The notes beneath the pieces are model-generated. The model did no database searches. It was not told the origin of the DNA and worked only from the letters and a program-made list of their open reading frames with translations. From contig JANRJG010000011.1 in assembly GCA_033875315.1 (NCBI GenBank), positions 26,536 through 90,535 on the forward strand: a stretch of DNA of 64,000 bases, read 5' to 3'. The translations under genes and the position numbers were made by a program. Below, piece by piece: positions 16,484 to 26,433 of this stretch; positions within the stretch are counted from its first letter, which is position 1; the number at the start of each line of letters is the position of its first letter. Source of the stretch: Candidatus Methylacidiphilales bacterium. GTDB taxonomy: Bacteria; Verrucomicrobiota; Verrucomicrobiia; Methylacidiphilales; CAZTYG01.

Positions 16484-18751
16484 ATGAATCACATTGTTAG
16501 AATGACCAATAATCCTATGTTCCAGCGCATGAAACGTTTTTCGATGTTCGCCTTCTTCGCACTAGCCCCGTTTTTCGCGGAAGCGCAAACCTCCATCCCC
16601 ACTGGATCATCCGCTTCCACGTACACTGCCAATTCTGGAAACTACATCCTTTCCGGCAACCTCACCTACACTGGAACGGCGGCCAATGGTGCCATTCTCT
16701 TGAGCCCGGGGTCTGCGCTCCAGATCGGACCGAACTCGGTCTTGTCTTCAACGGATACATCCGGAGGAGCCCGGGCCATCCGACTGACCAACAACGCTGG
16801 AAATTTTTCCATCACCGTCGGATCCAACAGCACGGTACAGGCCCAGTCCAACGACGGGATCAAGCAGCAGAATAACGGCTCCCTGATCACCTTGACCAAT
16901 AACGGCACCATCCGGACCTTCAAATCCACCACGTTCAATGCCTCGGTCGGCCAGGCCCTCGACTTCGATGGCAACACCGGCGTCAGCACCATCACCAACA
17001 ACGTCGGTGCCCTGATCCAGGCCGATGGCGCCGATGCCATCCGCGTGGGCAGCAACATGTCCATTTTCAACTACGGCACGATCAAGGGCAACAGCAACGT
17101 CAACGACAACGCCGCCAACAACAACAGCAGTTATAATTTCGCCAACACTTTCGATACCTCGGAAGCGGTCGACTTCCGCAGTGCCGCCAATGCCTCCCTG
17201 ACCAACAACGGCACCATCATCGGCACCCGGCATGGCGTCGACGGAGATACCGCCGCCACCAATATCACCATCAACAACCTCAGCGGCGGAAGCATCATCG
17301 GCCAGAACGGTTCCGGCATCGGTTCCGATGCCACCAACATCTCGGCTTCGAACTACCTCGTCAACAACTACGGCCTTATCCGCGGCGACTACGCCGGGGT
17401 CGGCAATATCTTCGACCGTTCCGGCGCGGCCAGCATCGATGGCGACGGAGACGGCGTGGACATCGACGGCGGCGCCACCATCAACAACTTTACCGGCGCG
17501 AGCATCCTCGCCACCGGTGCCGCAGGATACGATTCCGGTGGACGGGCCAACGGGAGTGACGGCATTTCCATCGGGGGCGGCATCATCAACAACAGCGGGC
17601 TGATCCAAGGGGCCAACAATGGCATCATTGTCAACAACGACTCGGTCGCCAGCCGCAGCGGGGTTGCCGCCACCACCATCACCAACAACAGCACCGGCAC
17701 GATCGCCGGGCTCAACGGCTTCGCCATCCGCCTGGAAAACAAGCTGGGCGACGCCCGCGACAACGACACCATCATCAACTACGGCACCATAACGGCCAAC
17801 GGCACCATCCCCACCCCGACCGGTGTGGTCACCCGCCAATATGGTGAAACCGATGCCAACTCCGTGGGCACGCTCGATGGGGTGGCCTACTCCGGAAATG
17901 GTTCAGCCCGCTTCATCAGGGGCGACGGCGCGGCCATCCAGACAGGCGAGGGAAATGACGCCATCACCAATTACGGCACGATCACCGGCAACAGCGGCCG
18001 GGCCATCTCGATGGAAGGCGGCAACGACACCCTGACCGTCTCCGGCGGCTCGGCCGTGATCAACGGCGCGGTCAACGGCGGCACCGGGAGCGACACCCTC
18101 AATTTCTCCCCCGGCGCCGGCAACACGTTCAACGCCACCTCGGCCTTCTCAAATTTCGAGCAGATCAACATCAACGCCGGCAAGACCATCCTCAACACCT
18201 CTCTCACTGCCAACGGCACCGGCAATGGGGCGGTCAACATCAAGAACGGCGGCAATCTCAATCTCGCTTCCACCAACAACAGCACCGTGATCGTGGAATC
18301 GGGCGGCCAGCTCACCGGAACCGGTTCGGTGGGTGCACTCACCCTCCAGAGCGGAGCGCTCCTGGCCCCGGGCAACAGCCCCGGCACCATCACCGCCGAC
18401 TCGGTCATCTGGGACGGCGGGGCCGATTTCGTCTTCGAACTCGGCGCCACCTCGGACCAGTTGGTCATCCTCGGCGCCCTGACCAAGGGCTCGGCTGGCA
18501 CCTACGAAATCATCCTCACCGCGGGTGAAGGACTGAGCGAGGGCCTGAAGGACCTGATCACCTTCAATTCGACCAATTTCAACGGTTCCGATTTCACCAT
18601 CATCAACAACACCCCCGGCCTGATCGGGAACCTGGTCCTCAATGGTTCGACCTTGAGCTACAACGTCACCACGGTTCCGGAGCCCTCCACGGCCCTGCTC
18701 GTCGTCCTCGGTCTCGGGGTCTTGGCCGCCGGTCGCCGCCGCGCGGTCTGA
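16484..18751 (+). CDS. PEP-CTERM-anchored secreted beta-helix repeat protein
   Basis: 755 aa with signal peptide MKRFSMFAFFALAPFFAEAQT. More than 10 degenerate I(T/I/V)N(N/Y)G(T/L)I.G repeats (LTNNGTIIGTRHG, IINYGTITANG, ITNYGTITGNSG). C-terminal VPEPSTALLVVLGLGVLAAGRRRAV. Confidence 0.85.
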   Translation: MNHIVRMTNNPMFQRMKRFSMFAFFALAPFFAEAQTSIPTGSSASTYTANSGNYILSGNLTYTGTAANGAILLSPGSALQIGPNSVLSSTDTSGGARAIRLTNNAGNFSITVGSNSTVQAQSNDGIKQQNNGSLITLTNNGTIRTFKSTTFNASVGQALDFDGNTGVSTITNNVGALIQADGADAIRVGSNMSIFNYGTIKGNSNVNDNAANNNSSYNFANTFDTSEAVDFRSAANASLTNNGTIIGTRHGVDGDTAATNITINNLSGGSIIGQNGSGIGSDATNISASNYLVNNYGLIRGDYAGVGNIFDRSGAASIDGDGDGVDIDGGATINNFTGASILATGAAGYDSGGRANGSDGISIGGGIINNSGLIQGANNGIIVNNDSVASRSGVAATTITNNSTGTIAGLNGFAIRLENKLGDARDNDTIINYGTITANGTIPTPTGVVTRQYGETDANSVGTLDGVAYSGNGSARFIRGDGAAIQTGEGNDAITNYGTITGNSGRAISMEGGNDTLTVSGGSAVINGAVNGGTGSDTLNFSPGAGNTFNATSAFSNFEQININAGKTILNTSLTANGTGNGAVNIKNGGNLNLASTNNSTVIVESGGQLTGTGSVGALTLQSGALLAPGNSPGTITADSVIWDGGADFVFELGATSDQLVILGALTKGSAGTYEIILTAGEGLSEGLKDLITFNSTNFNGSDFTIINNTPGLIGNLVLNGSTLSYNVTTVPEPSTALLVVLGLGVLAAGRRRAV

Positions 18752-18795
18752 ACCCCGCCCATCCGCCCGGCCCGGGCCTTTATTCCTTCCGCAAC

Positions 18796-18824
18796 CAGCG
18801 GGGAAAGTGCTACTTTCCCCGCTG
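18796..18824 (+). terminator. perfect 13-bp stem hairpin after the PEP-CTERM gene
   Basis: CAGCGGGGAAAGT-GCT-ACTTTCCCCGCTG, 45 nt after the stop at 18751. Only a weak T tract follows (TGCCTTTGG). Confidence 0.65.
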
Positions 18825-18910
18825 TGCCTTTGGTCCCCCTTCATTTCCATTCCAGCCGTTTCCCCGCCGCCGTTTCCCGCTTGTGGCGGGAGTCGCTGGA
18901 GAGTCGGGAA

Positions 18911-19810
18911 ATGGACCACAGTTTCCATTACCTGACCCACCGACAGTCGATGCGCTGGCTGGCCGTCCACTCGGCCCACTCTCCGGCAAAACGCGACGAA
19001 GCCTGCCGCCGGATCTACCATGAGGCTTTCGACCACATGGCCCGGATCATCCATGAAGCCGACCTGGCTGTCATCGGTCTGGGCTGCGGGGATGGGGGCA
19101 AGGAGGCCGAACTCATGCGCGTCCTCGGACAGGGCGGCCACCGGCCGACCTTCCTGTCCTGCGATACCAGCAGCGACCTCATCCTGGCCGCCCTGGACAC
19201 GTTGGTCCGGACCACCGGGGTGCGCCAACAAGCACCAGCGGTGATCGCGGATCTCCGGGCGGCGGCCGATCTCGGCCCGGTCTGGGACCGTTGGACCGGA
19301 CGCGTTCCGCGCATATTCACGCTCTTCGGCCTGCTGCCCAATTTCACCCCGGGTGAAATCCTGCCGGTGGTGGCCGGGTGGATGCGTCCCGGTGACTTTC
19401 TCCTGGCCAGCGCCAACCTGGCCCCGGGAAATGACTATCAGGCCGGATGCAACCAAATACTCCCCCAATATGACAACCGGGAAACCCGGCAGTGGCTTTC
19501 CGGCGTCCTGGAGGACCTGGGGGTGGAGCGGAACCACTTTTCCCTCGATTACCGGATCGGGGAGGCCGGGGGTTTGAAACGGGTGGAGGTCTGGGCCACC
19601 TTCCGGAGCGACCTCACGGTCCAACTTGAGGGAAGGGAATATGCCTTTGACCCGGGGGACCGGATGAGGCTCTTTTTCTCCAACCGCCACACCTTGGAAT
19701 TGATGTCGCGGCAACTGGAGACGGCCGGTCTGGAGTCGACCGGGAGTTGGCTGGCCCCTTCGGGTGAAGAAGGGGTTTGGCTGGCGGTCAAAAAAGGTTC
19801 GGCCACATGA
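18911..19810 (+). CDS. EgtD-like (Methyltransf_33-type) SAM-dependent methyltransferase
   Basis: Motifs VIGLGCGDGGKEAELM, FTLFGLLPNFTPGEILPVVAGWMRPGDFLLASANL and a C-terminal FFSNRHTLELM pattern, as in histidine N-alpha-methyltransferase homologues. Start ATG 18911, or GTG 18824 which lies inside the upstream hairpin. Confidence 0.65.
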   Translation: MDHSFHYLTHRQSMRWLAVHSAHSPAKRDEACRRIYHEAFDHMARIIHEADLAVIGLGCGDGGKEAELMRVLGQGGHRPTFLSCDTSSDLILAALDTLVRTTGVRQQAPAVIADLRAAADLGPVWDRWTGRVPRIFTLFGLLPNFTPGEILPVVAGWMRPGDFLLASANLAPGNDYQAGCNQILPQYDNRETRQWLSGVLEDLGVERNHFSLDYRIGEAGGLKRVEVWATFRSDLTVQLEGREYAFDPGDRMRLFFSNRHTLELMSRQLETAGLESTGSWLAPSGEEGVWLAVKKGSAT

Positions 19811-20247
19811 ATTCCGGGCAGCGTGTCCTCAGGTTGCTTTTGGCATGGGTCCCCTGGCTGGGCTTCATACTCCTCGTGCTTCCAGGGCCGTGGCAGCGCG
19901 TGTTTTTCACTCCGGGACATTTCCTGGCCTGGACGGGCCTGCCCTGTCCACTCTGTGGAGGAACCCGGGCCATGCGGGCTCTATTGCTCGGCGACTGGTC
20001 CCGTGCCCTCTACCTGAATCCACTGGCCGTATTGGTGGTCCTGGGCGGACTGCTCTGGACGGCGGCCTGCCTATGGGAGGCCTGGCGCGGGCGGGCCTTG
20101 GTTCCCGGCTGGGACCAAAAACTGGCCCCGGCAGGCCGTTGGTTGGTCCTGCTGATCGTGCTTTATTGGATCTACCATGCCGGGACGGCCTGGTGGTGGC
20201 CCAAGGAAGAACTGCTCAACCGCGGGGGATTTTTACTCCGTCGTTAG
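19807..20247 (+). CDS. DUF2752 membrane protein
   Basis: ATG 19807 overlaps the stop of the methyltransferase gene (ATGA). 146 aa with hydrophobic helices and a PCPLCGGTRA motif. Confidence 0.7.
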   Translation: MNSGQRVLRLLLAWVPWLGFILLVLPGPWQRVFFTPGHFLAWTGLPCPLCGGTRAMRALLLGDWSRALYLNPLAVLVVLGGLLWTAACLWEAWRGRALVPGWDQKLAPAGRWLVLLIVLYWIYHAGTAWWWPKEELLNRGGFLLRR

Positions 20248-20257
20248 TCTGCTCGTT

Positions 20258-20758
20258 CTACAACAGGCTGCGGTATTTGGCCCAAAGATGGCGGAAGGAA
20301 GGGGCGAACGCCTCCGGCTCACGGGCCACCCAGGCGCTCAGGTCTTCGGGAAGAAGCCAACGCAGTTCGTCCACCTCATCCTTCTTGGGCCGGAACGGGC
20401 CCTCGCACAATCCACTGTAAAGCCGGACAAACTCGTGGTCGAGTTCCCGGGTGTCGGTGCAGTAGGCGATTTCCGTCAGCACAGGTGCCCGGGACAGCCC
20501 GAGTTCTTCACAACATTCCCGCGCCGCGGCGGCCGGATAGTCCTCGCCGGAATCGACATGCCCGCAGGCGGAGGAATCCCAGGTGCGGGGATGGCGGTCC
20601 TTCGCGGCCGACCGGAGTTGGATGAGGATTTCGCCGTTCCGGCGCAACAACCAGATGTGGGCCGCGCGGTGGAGCAGGCCATCCCGGTGCACCAAAGAAC
20701 GCGGGGCCCTGCCGACCACTTCGTCCTGTGCGTCGACGATGTCAAAGATGTCTTTCAT
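20258..20758 (-). CDS. Nudix hydrolase (IDI/YfcD-like subgroup)
   Basis: 166 aa with HRAAHIWLLRRNGEILIQLRS..WDSSACGHVDSGEDYPAAAARECCEELGL (Nudix box). Confidence 0.8.
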   Translation of the reverse strand: MKDIFDIVDAQDEVVGRAPRSLVHRDGLLHRAAHIWLLRRNGEILIQLRSAAKDRHPRTWDSSACGHVDSGEDYPAAAARECCEELGLSRAPVLTEIAYCTDTRELDHEFVRLYSGLCEGPFRPKKDEVDELRWLLPEDLSAWVAREPEAFAPSFRHLWAKYRSLL

Positions 20759-20789
20759 TGTAGGCTATAATATAGTTGTTAGATTTAAT

Positions 20790-22307
20790 TCATCCACTCC
20801 ATCGGGCCGGACCGGAAGCACTACCCGCGGCCAACCGTTCCATTTCCGACCAGGCGGCGGGAAGGGACTCGATGACATCCCCCGCCACCAGCGTTTGTTC
20901 GGCACCCCCCTCCACCGCAAGCTCTGCGGCGCGCCCGTGCCAGCAGACCCCGAGTCGCGCGGCGATGTCCGGCGGATAACCTCCGGCCATCAGGGCGGTG
21001 ATGATCCCGGATAGAACATCGCCCATCCCGGCCGTGGCCATGCCCGGATGGCCGGTGGCATTGTGGCTGATGGCGCCCAGGTGGTCGATCACCAGGGTGT
21101 TCGGCCCCTTGGCCACCAGAACGGTGCCGGGGTGGCGGGCGTGCCAGGCCTTCACCGCCTCCCTCCGTCCGGTTGATCGCTCACCCAACAATACCGCCAA
21201 TTCACCCGCATGCGGGGTGAGCACACATCCCCGTTTGGAAAACTGCGCCAGACATTCCGGCTGCCCTGCCAAAGGATGCAGCGCGTCGGCATCCAAGAGT
21301 ACGGCGGCCCGGGTTTCCTCGGCCAGGCGGCGAAGCAGCAAGCCCGCATCCTTCGAGCGTCCCACTCCCGGACCGGCCAGGATCGTGCCCGACTGGACCA
21401 GTGTTTCCGGCAAGGCCCCCCGGCACTCGACCGCGCGGACCATCACTTCGGGAGTGGCCACCGCCAGCAGCGGCACCAATTCCGGATGGGTGAAGAGTCG
21501 CACCAAGCCGGCTCCAGCGCGCAACGCGGCCCGGCTGGCCAACAGGGCCGCACCCGCCATGCCGGGCGAACCCGCCCATACGGCCACCTCGCCTTTCCGG
21601 TGCTTGTACAGATCGGCGGGCAGGGGCCTGATCCATCGGCAGGCCTCGCCCGGACCGATGAATGCCTCCCCCTTTCCAGAGGGAGGAAAAGCGAGGGGGA
21701 GGGTGATCGCCAACAACCGCCCGACCCGGCCTCGCGCCGCATCCGCCAGGCAACCGGGTTTGACCGCCCCGATAGCCAGAGTCCAGTCGGCCCGAAAACA
21801 GGGTCCCGCTACCGAACCGGTATCCGGGTCCATCCCCGATGGAAAATCCAAAGCCACCCGCACGCCGTGGATTTCTTTGCCATCAGACCAGTTGAGCATT
21901 TCCGCCACCGCACCCCGGGGCTCGCCGGACGAACCGGTGCCCAGCAATCCATCGACCACGGTCCACGAGCCTCCCACTTCTGGATGGTCTGGCCAGATCC
22001 AAGCGGAGGATTCCTCACGCTTCACTTGTTCTAAATTCACCCGGGTTCTTTCGGTGATGGGACCGGCCGATACCACGACCACTTCACGGCCGGCAGATCG
22101 CAGGTTCGAGGCCAGGAGGAGGGCGTCGTTGCCATTGTTCCCCTTGCCGGCCAATACCAGGACCCGCCGGGGCCAATCGGGGCGGGCCGCAAAAACCCGC
22201 AGGCATCCCTCCACCGCGGCCTCCATCAACCCCTCCACCGTGGCGGCACCCGACGCTATCGCCGCGGCCTCGGCTTCTCGGAGCAACCCGGCCGGCAGCA
22301 CTTTCAT
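20790..22307 (-). CDS. nnr: bifunctional NAD(P)H-hydrate epimerase / ADP-dependent dehydratase
   Basis: 505 aa. YjeF_N half (VLAGKGNNGNDALL) and a C-terminal kinase-like half (ATGHPGMATAGMGDVLSG). Confidence 0.88.
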   Translation of the reverse strand: MKVLPAGLLREAEAAAIASGAATVEGLMEAAVEGCLRVFAARPDWPRRVLVLAGKGNNGNDALLLASNLRSAGREVVVVSAGPITERTRVNLEQVKREESSAWIWPDHPEVGGSWTVVDGLLGTGSSGEPRGAVAEMLNWSDGKEIHGVRVALDFPSGMDPDTGSVAGPCFRADWTLAIGAVKPGCLADAARGRVGRLLAITLPLAFPPSGKGEAFIGPGEACRWIRPLPADLYKHRKGEVAVWAGSPGMAGAALLASRAALRAGAGLVRLFTHPELVPLLAVATPEVMVRAVECRGALPETLVQSGTILAGPGVGRSKDAGLLLRRLAEETRAAVLLDADALHPLAGQPECLAQFSKRGCVLTPHAGELAVLLGERSTGRREAVKAWHARHPGTVLVAKGPNTLVIDHLGAISHNATGHPGMATAGMGDVLSGIITALMAGGYPPDIAARLGVCWHGRAAELAVEGGAEQTLVAGDVIESLPAAWSEMERLAAGSASGPARWSG

Positions 22308-22693
22308 GCGGATATCAGGATCGCGGTCGCCGCCGCATAATGGTCGGTGTGGGTTAGGGAAATCATCATGGCCGAGGCCCCGCGTTCCCGCAGAAGATCG
22401 AGCGCCCCGCCATGCAACACCATGAACGGTGCCCCCGACTCATCGCGCCGCACCTCCATTTCTCGCCACCCCAGCACGGACCCGATGCCCGTGCCGAAGG
22501 CCTTGCTGGCGGCCTCTTTGGCGGCAAACCGCGCCGCCAGATGACGCTCGGGGAATTTTTGCGCCCGTGCGTAGGCCACTTCCGCCGGGAGGAAAATCCG
22601 GTCGAGGAAGCGGTCACCAAACTTTTCCATGGAGCGGGCAATGCGTTCGCATTCCACCAGGTCGATGCCCGTACCCAGGACACGGCCATTCAT
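22304..22693 (-). CDS. acpS: holo-[acyl-carrier-protein] synthase
   Basis: 129 aa with [16 protein letters not shown] overlaps with the pdxJ stop (22690-22693) and the nnr start (22304-22307). Confidence 0.88.
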   Translation of the reverse strand: MNGRVLGTGIDLVECERIARSMEKFGDRFLDRIFLPAEVAYARAQKFPERHLAARFAAKEAASKAFGTGIGSVLGWREMEVRRDESGAPFMVLHGGALDLLRERGASAMMISLTHTDHYAAATAILISA

Positions 22694-23502
22694 GGGATCG
22701 GCTTTCCCAGCAGGTGCACCATGTCTTTGACCGCCTTCTGCATGCCGAAGAACACCGCCCGGGAAACGATGGCATGGCCGATATTCAGCGTGTGGAGGTG
22801 GGGGGTGGCAAGGAAGGCGCTGACGTTACGGTAATTAAGACCATGCCCGGCATTGACCTGGAGGCCGGCGGCATGCGCCTGTTCGGCGGCGGCTCGCAAA
22901 ATCGACAGCGAGGCGGATTTCCCGGGTTCCGTCACCGCGCGGGAATAGGCTCCGGTATGCAGCTCCACCACCGGCGCCCCGGTCGACACCGCCGCCTCGA
23001 TCTGGGTTGGATCGGGGTCGATGAACAGGCTCACCCGGATGCCGGCCGCAGACAATTCTCCCACCGCGGCCCGGATTTTCTCCCGCTGCCCGGCGACATC
23101 CAGACCACCTTCGGTGGTGACTTCTTCCCGGCTCTCCGGCACCAGACAGGCCTCGGCCGGTTTGAGTCGCAGGGCGAAGGCCACCATGCCGGCCGTCACC
23201 GCCATCTCCAGGTTCAGGGGCGCGGGCACCCGGGATTTCAACTCCATCACATCCCGGTCGATGATGTGACGGCGGTCCTCCCGCAGGTGGGCCGTGATGC
23301 CCTGGGCGCCGCCCGCCACGGCCTCGAGCGCCGCTTCCACCGGGTCGGGCTCAACAGAAACATGGCCGGGCGGCTCGTTGCGGTAGCGCGCTTGGCGCAG
23401 GGTGGCGACGTGGTCGATGTTGACGCCAAGATGGATCACCCACGCATTATCCGGGCCGGAGCCCCGGTGAACAAGCCGTAAAAAACCCGCCCGGCGGGTC
23501 AT
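22690..23502 (-). CDS. pdxJ: pyridoxine 5'-phosphate synthase
   Basis: Motifs [27 protein letters not shown] and NAGHGLNY. The ORF ATG is at 23502; the conserved N-terminus suggests a possible GTG start at 23439. Confidence 0.9.
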   Translation of the reverse strand: MTRRAGFLRLVHRGSGPDNAWVIHLGVNIDHVATLRQARYRNEPPGHVSVEPDPVEAALEAVAGGAQGITAHLREDRRHIIDRDVMELKSRVPAPLNLEMAVTAGMVAFALRLKPAEACLVPESREEVTTEGGLDVAGQREKIRAAVGELSAAGIRVSLFIDPDPTQIEAAVSTGAPVVELHTGAYSRAVTEPGKSASLSILRAAAEQAHAAGLQVNAGHGLNYRNVSAFLATPHLHTLNIGHAIVSRAVFFGMQKAVKDMVHLLGKPIP

Positions 23503-23548
23503 GATCCCGGTTGAATGGTCCGCCTATGGGCGTTATCTTCCCCAATCG

Positions 23549-26332
23549 ATGTCCGCCCACTTGGAACGCGTCCTCACGCACGCTTCACGCAAGCTGGAAG
23601 GCCTGTCCCACAAGAGCAACCGCGACCAACTCGATCTCTACCGCAACTTCCTCCGGCTGGAACAGGCACGTCTGCGCATGGCCCACCGCGCAGGCGAGGG
23701 CGGAATCGAGTGCACCACACGGCGCGCCGACCTCTTCAATGTCATCCTGAAGCACATGTTCAACGGGGCCCTGGAATCCGGCCAGCGCTCCCATGACATC
23801 AAACCCAGCGAGGCCCGCATCGCCTTGGTCGCCGTGGGTGGCTACGGCCGCGGCCAGCTCTCTCCCCACAGTGATATTGATATCCTCTTCCTCTACGAAA
23901 AATTCCGCCCCGACAGCCCCCATCACCGATTCGTCAACGACGTCGTCGAGCAGGTTCTCTACCTGCTCTGGGACTCCGGCATCAAGGTCGGCCATGCCTC
24001 GCGCACCTTGGAAGAGGTCATTGACCAGGGACGCCAGGATTTCATGACCCTGACCGCCCTGCTTGAATCCCGCCTCCTGGACGGACCGGATGACCTCTTC
24101 ACCGAATTCCAGCGCCGGTTCCACCGCTTGTGCATCCAGGGCCGCGAAACCGCCTACCTCGAATGGCGGCTCAAGGACCAGACCGCGCGCCATGAAAAAT
24201 TTGGCAACACGGTATTCGTCCAGGAACCCCAGGTTAAAAATGGCTGTGGAGGCCTGCGCGACTACCACAACCTCATCTGGTCGGCCCACATCGCCCGCGG
24301 CTTCAAAACCACCCTTGAACTCCAACAGGCCGGTCTCCTCACGCTCTCCGAACGCAAAGCCATCGACCAGGCCTACGATTTCCTCCTCCGCATCCGCACC
24401 GAATTGCATTACCAGCAGGACCGGGCCGGCGACATCCTGACCCTTCGGCTCCAGGGCGGTGTCGCCAATGCCTTCAAATACCCCCAGCGCCACGTCATAC
24501 CCCGCACCGAAGCCCTCATGCGGGAGTATTACACCCACAGCAGTGCCATCTACCACACCTGCCAGCTCCTTTTCCGCCGCCTCATCGGCAAACCCGCCCA
24601 ACCGCGTGGCCTCTTCCAAAAACTCCTCCCCGGCAGCGCCGCCCGATCTGAAAAAATCCACGGCTTCACGCTCAACGCCCACAACGAGCTGGAAGCCCCC
24701 CCCGCCTCATTCTTCAGCGAGGAACCGGCCCGCATGGTCCAGGCCTATCAAATCATCCAACAGCGCAACGCCATATTCTCCCCCGAACTCGAATCCCTGA
24801 TCCGCCACAAGGCCCACCTCATCACGCGCAAAACCCTCTGGGACCCCGCCATCCGCGAGATGCTCCTCAGCCTCGCCTCGCCCAAGGGCCGCGTCGGCCG
24901 CATCTTCCGCGCCATGCACCAAACCGGCATCCTCGGACGCCTCATCCCGGAGTTCGCCCCCCTCACCTTCCTGGTCCAGCACGAGTTCTTCCACCGCTAC
25001 ACCGCCGACGAACACACCCTCGTCTGCCTCGAACAACTCGACCGTGTCCTCGATGACAACTCCTCCCATTTCCCCGCCTACCGTCCGCTCTTCGAACGCT
25101 GCACCGAACCCGCCATCCTTTATCTCGCCCTCGTCCTCCATGATACCGGCAAAGCCGACCACAGCCGCGACCACAGCAACGTCAGCTCCCAGCTCGCCTC
25201 CCGCTTCGCCCGCCGCATGCGCATCGGCGGACGCCGCCGCCAACTCCTCATCTTCCTCGTCGACCACCACATGACCCTCACCGAGTTCGCCCTCCGCCGG
25301 AACCTCGACGAACCATCCACCATCCGTGACTTCGCCCGCATCGTTCAAGATGAGGAACGCCTCGACCTCCTCATGCTCCTCAGCCTGGCCGACGGCATGG
25401 GCACCGGCACCGACAACAGTTGGACCGACTGGAAGGAGGGGCTTGTCTGGCACCTATACACCCGCACCCGCTACATGCTCGCCGGTGAGGAGGAATTCCT
25501 CCGCCACACCGAGAAGAACCGCGCCGAACTCGAGACGCGGCTGCGCAAGACCGTCCCGAAGGCCATCGACGATGCCGAGTTCACCGCCCACATCCGCTCC
25601 CTGCCCGAACGTTACCTGACCTTCCGCAATGAGGCCCTCATCGCCAGCCACATCGAGCTGGTCCACCAGTTCCTCTTCGCCCAGCTCAACAATGAGTCGG
25701 TGGCCGACGCCCTCAAGCCGGTCATCGGTTGGCGCGACCTGCCCAGCACCGGTCACAGCGAGGTCACCGTCGTCACTTGGGACCGCCACCATCTCTTCGC
25801 CAAAATCGCCGGCGCCTTCGCCCTGGCTGAATTGAACATCCTCAGTGCCGATATCTGGACCCGCTCCGACCACATCGTCATCGACACTTTCCGCGTTTGC
25901 ACCGAAAAATTCGAAGCGGCCACCCACGCCCATGACCGCAAGGTTTTCACCGAAGCCCTCACCCGTGCCCTTCAGGACGGTGATTACAACATCGGCACCG
26001 AGATCAACCGCGCCCACTCCTTCTCCCGTCGTCCGGACCACCTCGCCGGCATGGTCGAACCCATGGTCGGCTTCGATTCCGACTCCACTCCCGGAACCAC
26101 GGTCATGCACCTCCGTGCCGCCGACTACCTCGGCCTGCTCTATGACGTCTCCGCCTGCCTGGCCGGCTTGGGCCTCTCCATCACCAATGCCCGCATCACC
26201 ACGGAAATGGGGGCGGCCATGGACACTTTTTACCTCACCACGTCCGATGGCACACCGGTCACCGACCGCTCCGAATTCCGCCGCTTCCAGCGTGCCGTCA
26301 TCGCCGCCATGGAGGCCCACCTGCCCGGCTAG
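23549..26332 (+). CDS. glnD: [protein-PII] uridylyltransferase/uridylyl-removing enzyme
   Basis: 927 aa from ATG 23549. Nucleotidyltransferase motif VAVGGYGRGQLSPHSDIDILFL, HD domain LVLHDTGK, and C-terminal ACT-like repeats. Confidence 0.88.
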   Translation: MSAHLERVLTHASRKLEGLSHKSNRDQLDLYRNFLRLEQARLRMAHRAGEGGIECTTRRADLFNVILKHMFNGALESGQRSHDIKPSEARIALVAVGGYGRGQLSPHSDIDILFLYEKFRPDSPHHRFVNDVVEQVLYLLWDSGIKVGHASRTLEEVIDQGRQDFMTLTALLESRLLDGPDDLFTEFQRRFHRLCIQGRETAYLEWRLKDQTARHEKFGNTVFVQEPQVKNGCGGLRDYHNLIWSAHIARGFKTTLELQQAGLLTLSERKAIDQAYDFLLRIRTELHYQQDRAGDILTLRLQGGVANAFKYPQRHVIPRTEALMREYYTHSSAIYHTCQLLFRRLIGKPAQPRGLFQKLLPGSAARSEKIHGFTLNAHNELEAPPASFFSEEPARMVQAYQIIQQRNAIFSPELESLIRHKAHLITRKTLWDPAIREMLLSLASPKGRVGRIFRAMHQTGILGRLIPEFAPLTFLVQHEFFHRYTADEHTLVCLEQLDRVLDDNSSHFPAYRPLFERCTEPAILYLALVLHDTGKADHSRDHSNVSSQLASRFARRMRIGGRRRQLLIFLVDHHMTLTEFALRRNLDEPSTIRDFARIVQDEERLDLLMLLSLADGMGTGTDNSWTDWKEGLVWHLYTRTRYMLAGEEEFLRHTEKNRAELETRLRKTVPKAIDDAEFTAHIRSLPERYLTFRNEALIASHIELVHQFLFAQLNNESVADALKPVIGWRDLPSTGHSEVTVVTWDRHHLFAKIAGAFALAELNILSADIWTRSDHIVIDTFRVCTEKFEAATHAHDRKVFTEALTRALQDGDYNIGTEINRAHSFSRRPDHLAGMVEPMVGFDSDSTPGTTVMHLRAADYLGLLYDVSACLAGLGLSITNARITTEMGAAMDTFYLTTSDGTPVTDRSEFRRFQRAVIAAMEAHLPG

Positions 26333-26338
26333 GCCGGG

Positions 26339-26429
26339 AGTTTTAGGTTTTAAGTATGAAGTTTTAAGTAAGACGCCATTTTTTCTATCTCCTTTCCTGC
26401 TTAAAACTTAATACTTAAAACTTCAAACT
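26339..26429. repeat. AT-rich 30-nt inverted repeat pair (27/30 complementary) with 31-nt spacer
   Basis: Arms are 26339-26368 AGTTTTAGGTTTTAAGTATGAAGTTTTAAG and 26400-26429 CTTAAAACTTAATACTTAAAACTTCAAACT. The pair fills the glnD/kinase spacer. Confidence 0.8.
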
Positions 26430-26433
26430 TGTC

